Assembly: GCA_017509755.1 (NCBI GenBank)
Contig: JAFWOY010000027.1
Coordinates: 1,983 to 65,982, forward strand
DNA: 64,000 bases
Direction of reading: 5' to 3'
Origin: Bacteroidales bacterium
Lineage (GTDB): Bacteria; Bacteroidota; Bacteroidia; Bacteroidales; UBA932
Below the pieces are notes generated by a model. That model had not been told where the DNA came from and did no database searches. It saw only the letters and a program-made list of their open reading frames with translations. This document shows positions 19,397 to 25,538 of the stretch, piece after piece (the stretch's first letter is position 1; every line of letters starts with the position of its first letter). The translations under genes were made by a program, and so were the position numbers.

Positions 19397-20301
19397 TTTC
19401 CCAGCTGTTTGTCCAACTCGATGTCGGGATAATCGCCCAACTTGATGAACGCTATTTTTTCTCCATCGGCATGGTGCCATTCGCCGTAATTCAGGTGACC
19501 GCGAGTCCAATTTCCAATAATATAATCCCCGACTTCCGCAGTTCGTGCCTGAGGATCGTGCATATCGATACGCCGACGGTGCATAAAGGTGTAAGTGCCA
19601 CTTCCATCGGGCAATCCGGATATGATTGTCCCGGTAAACGTATCGGTGTCAGGGCCCGTACGGGGCTGTTCCTTGACAATTACTATTTGTGGCGGCCTGT
19701 TTCGGATCACTACGGGTTTTTCCACCACGAAGGTATCGAAGGCAGGAGGTGATGAATTCACAGGCTCCGATGCAGGCCGGTTATTTTTGATCCAAGGGGG
19801 CAACAACAAGAAGGCTGCGAGTGCCAAGATACCCAACAAAGGGAGGATGAAAAGCCGTGCTTTATTGCCTTTAGCGGGCGATTCTGAAATGCTGACAGGT
19901 AAATTGCCATTCTGCTGCTTAAGAATGATCTTCTCAAGCACGGCAAAGTCTTTCTTGAAGTCCCCCGAATAGGGGATTCGCTGTTTATAAGAAAGGTAGT
20001 ATTCCAGATCATCGTCGAAGGGCGTATCATCCAGGCAATAGGGGAGAATGAATTTGGAACTGTTGAAGGCCAGGTTGATTTCTGTCTTTACATGCTCCGA
20101 TTGGCTCGCGTTCTTGGAACAGATGACGACAACGAGGAGGGCCGCACGGATTGCACGTGTGATTTCGCCCGCATAAGAGACGCCTGATTGAATGTCGCGA
20201 GGTGCAATCCAGCAGGAAACATCATGTGACTCTAGCCAGTTGCAAAGGGATTCGGCAATCTTCCGGTCCCGCCGTCCATAACTGATGAAGACTTTGGTCA
20301 T
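19381..20301 (-). CDS. TIR domain - single TM - MORN-repeat membrane protein
   Basis: ATG 20301 forms ATGA with the upstream stop. KVFISYGRRDRKIAESLCNWLESHDVSCWIAPRDIQSGVSYAGEITRAIRAALLVVVICSKNASQSEHVKTEINLA is a TIR_2-type pattern. TM helix LFILPLLGILALAAFLLLPPWI. MORN-like YIIGNWTRGHLNYGEWHHADGEKI. Confidence 0.8.
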   Translation of the reverse strand: MTKVFISYGRRDRKIAESLCNWLESHDVSCWIAPRDIQSGVSYAGEITRAIRAALLVVVICSKNASQSEHVKTEINLAFNSSKFILPYCLDDTPFDDDLEYYLSYKQRIPYSGDFKKDFAVLEKIILKQQNGNLPVSISESPAKGNKARLFILPLLGILALAAFLLLPPWIKNNRPASEPVNSSPPAFDTFVVEKPVVIRNRPPQIVIVKEQPRTGPDTDTFTGTIISGLPDGSGTYTFMHRRRIDMHDPQARTAEVGDYIIGNWTRGHLNYGEWHHADGEKIAFIKLGDYPDIELDKQLGKCVKY

Positions 20302-21290
20302 GCAAAATCTTTCCAGCTCAATTTCTTGCCGCAGGAAGGGCAGTATTTCATATTCGGCGCTACCGGCCCTGAACAATGGGGACATTTGTAGCTCTCTCCA
20401 CGTGAGAGGTTGAATCCCAGCTTCTTGACGAGTCTCAGCGCGTCGAAGGCGGTCCGTCTGTCATATTCTTTTTCTGATTCTGGCAAGTCGGAGTAGGGGA
20501 CCATGTCAGGATTCTGCTTCAGCCTGTCATCCCGGAGGGGGCCATAGCTCCAGCCTTCTTTCTTGCGTTCGGCAGCCCATACTTCATGGGTATTTTCCGC
20601 GATGGTTTCAGTCAGTTCAAGCAATTCATCATCGAGCAATACATCTGTCAAATCAATCGGATGTGGATCATAGGCCAAGGAATCGATATCCGAACTAACC
20701 AGATAACGCCGTGAGGCGCGCCATGCTTCCAGGAAATCTTCGATCAGCCAGTCCATGTCTTTTTCTTCAGCCGGATCGTAGATTTTTATCAATCCGCCGA
20801 CCAAAGAGAGCGGGACGACTGCATGAAAACGGTTATCCCGTGCGATGACCGCAATCATTTTCACCCGGCGGAGCATATTGATTCGAATGTCTTCAACCGT
20901 ACAATCATATTTGCGGCAAACTGACAGACCGTGTTGTTCCAGAAGACGGCCGATATTATACAAAGGCATGCCTTCCTTTCGTAGCCAGCGGTTCGTGCTG
21001 ATATCGATGGAAAGAGTATCATCATCTACCAGATAGTCACGCAAGATCCGTTGCTCGCATTGGATGTCGCACAAGTTGTCCTCTGAGGCGGCGGCTAATT
21101 TCGCCATCGGAATACCGGCGCCTTTCGATTCTTCATATCGGTCAATGCAATTGATGATGAACAAAGTCTCACGCAGCGATTCGTCATGTGCAAGTGCTTC
21201 AACCACTCGCATTGTCTCCTCCGGGGTTGTCGTTCCCTCCGTATAGGCCGCTAACAGCTCGTCGGATATTTCGTAGCGATTATTTTTCAT
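20298..21290 (-). CDS. Anti-sigma-like N-terminus + C39/papain-like segment + RyR domain + zinc ribbon (soluble)
   Basis: ATG 21290 overlaps the sigma gene stop by 11 nt. ISDELLAAYTEGTTTPEETMRVVEAL is anti-sigma-like. TETIAENTHEVWAAERKKEGWSYGPLRDDRLKQNPDMVPYSDLPESEKEYDRRTAFDALRLVKKLGF is a near-consensus RyR domain. CPHCSGPVAPNMKYCPSCG is a zinc ribbon. Confidence 0.8.
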   Translation of the reverse strand: MKNNRYEISDELLAAYTEGTTTPEETMRVVEALAHDESLRETLFIINCIDRYEESKGAGIPMAKLAAASEDNLCDIQCEQRILRDYLVDDDTLSIDISTNRWLRKEGMPLYNIGRLLEQHGLSVCRKYDCTVEDIRINMLRRVKMIAVIARDNRFHAVVPLSLVGGLIKIYDPAEEKDMDWLIEDFLEAWRASRRYLVSSDIDSLAYDPHPIDLTDVLLDDELLELTETIAENTHEVWAAERKKEGWSYGPLRDDRLKQNPDMVPYSDLPESEKEYDRRTAFDALRLVKKLGFNLSRGESYKCPHCSGPVAPNMKYCPSCGKKLSWKDFA

Positions 21291-21852
21291 AATACTTGAC
21301 ATCTTTTTGTGCAACTTGCGTGAATTCGGCGATAGCACGCCTTTTAATGTTGTAAAGTGTCGCAGCCGTGATCTTCATTTCATTGGCGAGCTTTTCCGGC
21401 TCCATGTCATTAAGGATCAATTGTTGAAGAACATAGGCGTACCTTTTGTTTTTCATCCGGTGCAAGATCCGGAGCATGTCTTTCCTCGCAGTATCGCGCG
21501 TAGGGCCATCGGCCAATTTTTCTTCTGCTACTTTGTCCAAAAGAGCATCCTGGCTACGTTTCTCTGCCAGATTGTCTCTTTTTTTGATAAAAAAACGAGT
21601 TGCACTGACTTTTATCCAGCCAAACAGCGAACTACGATCCCGAATTTGACGGAGTCTGTAGCCATCGTTCTCAAGCAGGTAGGCATAGAACTCACTGACA
21701 GCTTCTTCATACTCGACCGGGTAAGGGAAAACATAATTCAGAATGTTCATTAACAGGAGTTTGCAAGATTTTTCCTTATCGGAAAAAAAGAAATGCCGGG
21801 TAATCCGTTCATCCTTGGAAAGCAGTCCTTCGATGATTTCGGTTTCAGTCAT
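21280..21852 (-). CDS. RNA polymerase sigma-70 family (ECF-like) sigma factor
   Basis: 190 aa from ATG 21852 (ORF-track start 21903 is TTG). Region-2-like SSLFGWIKVSATRFFIKKR. Region-4 HTH-like RYAYVLQQLILNDMEPEKLANEMKITAATLYNIKRRAIAEF. Confidence 0.75.
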   Translation of the reverse strand: MTETEIIEGLLSKDERITRHFFFSDKEKSCKLLLMNILNYVFPYPVEYEEAVSEFYAYLLENDGYRLRQIRDRSSLFGWIKVSATRFFIKKRDNLAEKRSQDALLDKVAEEKLADGPTRDTARKDMLRILHRMKNKRYAYVLQQLILNDMEPEKLANEMKITAATLYNIKRRAIAEFTQVAQKDVKYYEK

Positions 21853-21990
21853 AGAGTCGTTTCTCAATTTTATGCAATTTACGACATATTTTGTGAAAAA
21901 CAAAATTTATACAATTTATATTATGTTAAATAGTATTTATCGCGTGCCCCTCCTGCGTTCGATTTGATTCGTGTGACGCAAATTTTTCGT

Positions 21991-21998
21991 TACCTTTG
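21991..21998 (+). promoter_or_regulatory. Candidate -7 element TACCTTTG immediately upstream of rarA
   Basis: TAnnTTTG match ending only 5 nt before GTG 22004. If used, it implies a leaderless or near-leaderless mRNA. Confidence 0.3.
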
Positions 21999-22003
21999 TC
22001 ACA

Positions 22004-23305
22004 GTGAAAAATCAAAACGATATTCCGTTGATTCCGTTGCCGGAAAGACTTCGGCCCCGGTCTCTTGACCAATATGTAGGTCAAGAGCATCTTGTCGGCC
22101 CTGGTGCAGTTCTCAGGAAGATGATTGAGTCTGGCAATGTTTCTTCATTCATTCTCTGGGGTCCTCCAGGTGTTGGAAAGACGACGTTGGCTCGGATTAT
22201 CGCCAACCAGTTGAAACGTGAATTCTTCACGCTCTCAGCCATCAGTTCCGGTGTAAAAGATGTGCGTGAGGTCATTGACAAAGCCAAGTCCGGCCGTATG
22301 TTCGCAACGGCGGGCGCACCTATTCTGTTTATTGATGAGATCCACCGCTTCAACAAGGCGCAGCAAGATGCTTTACTGGGTGCTGTGGAGAGTGGCTTGA
22401 TAGTCTTGATTGGCGCCACGACGGAGAATCCTTCGTTCGAAGTGATTTCCCCGTTGCTTTCCCGTTGCCAGGTATATGTCCTCAAGAGTCTTGATGTCAG
22501 CGACTTGGATATCCTTTTGCAACGGGCCCTGACGGAAGATGTTTATCTGAAAGAGCGCCAGATCCATGTGGTCGAAAAAGAAGCTTTGTTCAGATTCAGT
22601 GGCGGCGATGGTCGTAAATTACTGAATATCATTGAGATAATAGTTCAGTCTTTTCCGGAGGATGCGACAATTACCATTGATAATAAAGTCGTTACCAATC
22701 GTCTGCAAGAGAATATCGCACTTTATGACAAGAATGGCGAACAGCACTATGATATCATTTCGGCCTTCATCAAGAGCATGCGTGGCAGCGATCCCAACGG
22801 GGCCATCTATTGGATGGCGCGCATGCTGGCCGGCGGTGAGGATCCGTTGTTCATTGCCCGCCGTATGCTGATCCTGGCCTCCGAAGATGTGGGGCTGGCG
22901 AATCCAAACGCGGCCCTGCTGGCGGAAGCGTGTTTCAATGCCGTGCATCAGATCGGCATGCCCGAAGCGCGCATCATCCTGGCCGAAACCTGTATCTATC
23001 TGGCGACTTCTCCGAAGAGCAATGCGTCGTATCTTGCAATCGATGAGGCGCTCGCATTGGTCAACAGTACAAGCGACGCGCCGCCCGTCCCCCTGCATCT
23101 GCGCAACGCCCCTACCCAATTGATGAAAGACCTGGGCTACCACAAAAATTACAAATACGCGCACGATTTCGAAGGCAACTTCGTCGATCAGGAATTCCTC
23201 CCCGACATCCTCCACGGCCACAAATTCTACGATCCCGGCAACAACGCCCGCGAAGCCGACATCCGTCGCCGCCTCCAGTCCCTCTGGAAGAAATACAATT
23301 ACTAA
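22004..23305 (+). CDS. rarA: Replication-associated recombination protein A (AAA+ ATPase)
   Basis: RPRSLDQYVGQEHL, Walker A GPPGVGKTT, Walker B ILFIDEIHRFNK, and MgsA C-terminal domain HYDIISAFIKSMRGSDPNGAIYWMARML. GTG start. Confidence 0.9.
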   Translation: MKNQNDIPLIPLPERLRPRSLDQYVGQEHLVGPGAVLRKMIESGNVSSFILWGPPGVGKTTLARIIANQLKREFFTLSAISSGVKDVREVIDKAKSGRMFATAGAPILFIDEIHRFNKAQQDALLGAVESGLIVLIGATTENPSFEVISPLLSRCQVYVLKSLDVSDLDILLQRALTEDVYLKERQIHVVEKEALFRFSGGDGRKLLNIIEIIVQSFPEDATITIDNKVVTNRLQENIALYDKNGEQHYDIISAFIKSMRGSDPNGAIYWMARMLAGGEDPLFIARRMLILASEDVGLANPNAALLAEACFNAVHQIGMPEARIILAETCIYLATSPKSNASYLAIDEALALVNSTSDAPPVPLHLRNAPTQLMKDLGYHKNYKYAHDFEGNFVDQEFLPDILHGHKFYDPGNNAREADIRRRLQSLWKKYNY

Positions 23306-23334
23306 CACTATTTTCAAACATCGGATCGTTTTAC

Positions 23335-23464
23335 GGTTTGTGTGAGGGGAGTCTCTCGGGAACCCATGCCACCCTCGGCACTGTAAGAGGGAGGGGCCCA
23401 AGCGTAGCTTGGGAGGGGTCGCGCGGAGCGCGACGGTTCCCGAGAGACTCCCCTCACACAAACC
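23335..23464. repeat. 130-nt cloverleaf-like palindromic element (perfect 30-bp closing stem + three internal hairpins)
   Basis: The arms 23335-23364 (GGTTTGTGTGAGGGGAGTCTCTCGGGAACC) and 23435-23464 are perfect reverse complements. The 70-nt interior contains CCCTC/GAGGG (23372-76/23387-91), CCCAAGC-GTA-GCTTGGG (23397-23413) and GTCGCGC-GGA-GCGCGAC (23418-23434). It lies between convergent rarA and the MATE gene. Confidence 0.8.
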
Positions 23465-23485
23465 CAGAGCAGCGGAGCCCGTTAA

Positions 23486-24817
23486 CTAGTAACCATATCT
23501 TTTTCTATAGGACAGAATCAGCGTCGTGGCTAGAATGAGGCAGCAGAGGTCGGCGGCATCGACAGCCAACCAGATGCCGTCGCCGCCCATCAGGGCCGGC
23601 AGCAGGAAGACAAACCCAAGTTCGAAGACCAGATTGCGGATGAACGAAACGATGGCCGAAACCTTTCCATTGCCCAGACCGGTAAACCAAGCCGACGTGA
23701 AAAGATTGATACCGGCGATAAAAAAGCTGATCATGTAGAGCCGGATGGCATGTTTGGTCAGAACTGTCAAATCCGGATCATAACCCACAAACAGCCGGGC
23801 GGCCGGTCCGGCCGACAATTCAGAGACGGCAGTCATCAAAAAGCCCAAGGCAAGCAACAGCCCGACCGAATGGCGCAGCAGGCTTTTCAATTCCGCCTTG
23901 TCCCCTGCCCCATAATTATAACCGATTATCGGGGTCACAGTGATGTTGTAACCGAAGAAGACGGCTGCAAAGATATAGCCGTAGTAGAGGAGCACCGAGT
24001 AGGCCGCCACCCCATTCTCCCCCATCATCCGCAGCAGCTGCAAGTTATAGCAGATAGCCAGCACATTGAACGAGATATTGCCCACATACTCAGAAAGGCC
24101 GTTGCTGCAAGCCCGCAAGATCGGCCGTCGCTCGAAAAAAGCGGGAACGAGCCTGAGTGAGCTGCGGTTGTGGCTGCTCGAAAAATACCAGAACGGATAG
24201 AATCCGCCCACTAAACAGGCCAGCATCGAAGCGGCAGCCGCACCAGCCAGCCCCCAATCGAAAACAACGATAAACAACGCGTCCAGCGTCATGTTGGTCA
24301 CCGCACAGACAATCGACATGATGGTGCCCAGTTGCGGTTTCTCCGCCGTCATATAGAAAGACTGGAAACACATCTGCAGCATGAAGCCCGGCAACCCCAG
24401 CGCACAGATCCGGCCGTAAATCACACACTGATGCACCATCTCCCCTTCCGCGCCCAACAGCCGCGCCAGCGGCTCCATCAGCAAAAACAGCGGAATCATG
24501 AACAGGACAGCCAGATAGAGCGTAAAGCGGATCAGCATGCTGAAGATCTTGCTGGCCCGGAGGAGTTCCCCCTGCCCCATCGTCATCGACACCAAAGCGG
24601 AACCGCCAGTTCCGATCATCAACCCCAATGCGCCTATGATCATGACGGCCGGCCAAATGACGTTCAGCGCCGCAAAAGCCGTCGTCCCCACGAAATTAGA
24701 GACAAACAACCCGTCCACGACACTGTATATACTTCCCACGAGCATCATCAGGACGCTCGGAATCGAAGACCGGACCAGTCGCCGGTAGCCGTAATGACCG
24801 TTAAGCGCTATCTTCAT
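23486..24817 (-). CDS. MATE family efflux transporter
   Basis: 443-aa protein with 12 predicted TM helices and a two-fold MatE repeat architecture (…VVDGLFVSNFVGTTAFAALNVIWP…). Confidence 0.8.
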   Translation of the reverse strand: MKIALNGHYGYRRLVRSSIPSVLMMLVGSIYSVVDGLFVSNFVGTTAFAALNVIWPAVMIIGALGLMIGTGGSALVSMTMGQGELLRASKIFSMLIRFTLYLAVLFMIPLFLLMEPLARLLGAEGEMVHQCVIYGRICALGLPGFMLQMCFQSFYMTAEKPQLGTIMSIVCAVTNMTLDALFIVVFDWGLAGAAAASMLACLVGGFYPFWYFSSSHNRSSLRLVPAFFERRPILRACSNGLSEYVGNISFNVLAICYNLQLLRMMGENGVAAYSVLLYYGYIFAAVFFGYNITVTPIIGYNYGAGDKAELKSLLRHSVGLLLALGFLMTAVSELSAGPAARLFVGYDPDLTVLTKHAIRLYMISFFIAGINLFTSAWFTGLGNGKVSAIVSFIRNLVFELGFVFLLPALMGGDGIWLAVDAADLCCLILATTLILSYRKRYGY

Positions 24818-24840
24818 GGCCGTCGTGCAATGCGGGACCG

Positions 24841-24848
24841 CAAAGATA
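24841..24848 (-). promoter_or_regulatory. Candidate -7 element (TATCTTTG on minus strand) for the MATE gene
   Basis: The plus strand reads CAAAGATA, 23 nt upstream of ATG 24817, in the 39-nt gap after the zinc-ribbon gene. Confidence 0.4.
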
Positions 24849-24856
24849 GCGCTTTT

Positions 24857-25531
24857 CTATAAAACAGCCTTTCGGAAGGGAGCGCTCGCTACTTGCGCGC
24901 CCTTGTTGACATAGAGTGTGATCAGCGAGTCAGCAGCAGGGGCAGCCAGGAGAAACGTATGGGAAACGCTGTCATGCGCCGTATCGATCAGGCGCAGCTT
25001 CTCGGCCGCATCATATCGCCACTTGCCGTGCCCGAACAAGAAGACATACTCCCCTTTTCCCTTTGCCGCCAATTCAGGCAGCGGTTGCGCGAAATGCCAG
25101 GAGACGGTCTTGCCGTCGCCATTGAACCAGAGGGTATCTCGATCGCAGACAAAGGTACCGTTATGTGCGGCCGGAAAGGGCGTTCCCGGATCCGGCGGCG
25201 TATGGGTATAGGAGCAACTGGAAAAGAAACCGATCAGCAGGATGACCAACGGAATGACGATGAAAATCAGGACGAATATCCAGCATCCGATTTTCCGGCC
25301 TTCTTTTTTAGGCGCGGCCTTTCCTTCCGGGCGAGACGGCGCCTTTTTCGGCTTCGGTTCGGGTGTTACTTCCCAGGTGGAGAGCGTAACCACGCCGGGC
25401 GCATCGGAAGCGTGGACTACATCTTTATCACCGGACTGCGGGGTAACCGCGGCCGTCACGCGCGTGCCGCAATTCGCGCAGAATTTGGCGCCCGGTTCCA
25501 GTTTTGCGCCGCAGTTTGTACAGAATGCCAT
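24857..25531 (-). CDS. Zinc-ribbon - TM - extracytoplasmic domain protein
   Basis: ATG 25531 (ORF-track start 25546 is TTG). CTNCGAKLEPGAKFCANCG zinc ribbon, Lys/Pro-rich linker, TM helix IGCWIFVLIFIVIPLVILLIGFF, then a ~110-aa C-terminal domain. Confidence 0.7.
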   Translation of the reverse strand: MAFCTNCGAKLEPGAKFCANCGTRVTAAVTPQSGDKDVVHASDAPGVVTLSTWEVTPEPKPKKAPSRPEGKAAPKKEGRKIGCWIFVLIFIVIPLVILLIGFFSSCSYTHTPPDPGTPFPAAHNGTFVCDRDTLWFNGDGKTVSWHFAQPLPELAAKGKGEYVFLFGHGKWRYDAAEKLRLIDTAHDSVSHTFLLAAPAADSLITLYVNKGAQVASAPFRKAVL

Positions 25532-25538
25532 AATCTGA

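Noticed and set aside
19397-19510. Upstream extensions of operon genes: 18692..19510, 19381..20385, 20298..21338, 21280..21903 and 13865..16846.
   Set aside because: The extended starts are TTG or lie deep inside the preceding gene. The internal ATGs give signal peptides or domain starts and produce ATGA-type coupling junctions.
13865-21852. Interpreting the TIR operon as a Thoeris, CBASS/Pycsar, retron or Avs-type defence system.
   Set aside because: No ThsA-like SIR2/SLOG/Macro, nucleotide cyclase, reverse transcriptase or STAND NTPase gene is present. The TIR protein is membrane-anchored and has sigma/anti-sigma-like neighbours. A defence role stays possible, but not as one of these named systems.
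23338-23538. 66-aa plus-strand ORF, and the N-terminus of the 280-aa minus-strand ORF (22619-23461). Both begin MCEGSLSGT.
   Set aside because: The identical peptides on both strands are a direct consequence of the perfect 30-bp inverted repeat. There is no coding evidence, and the 280-aa ORF is antisense to rarA.
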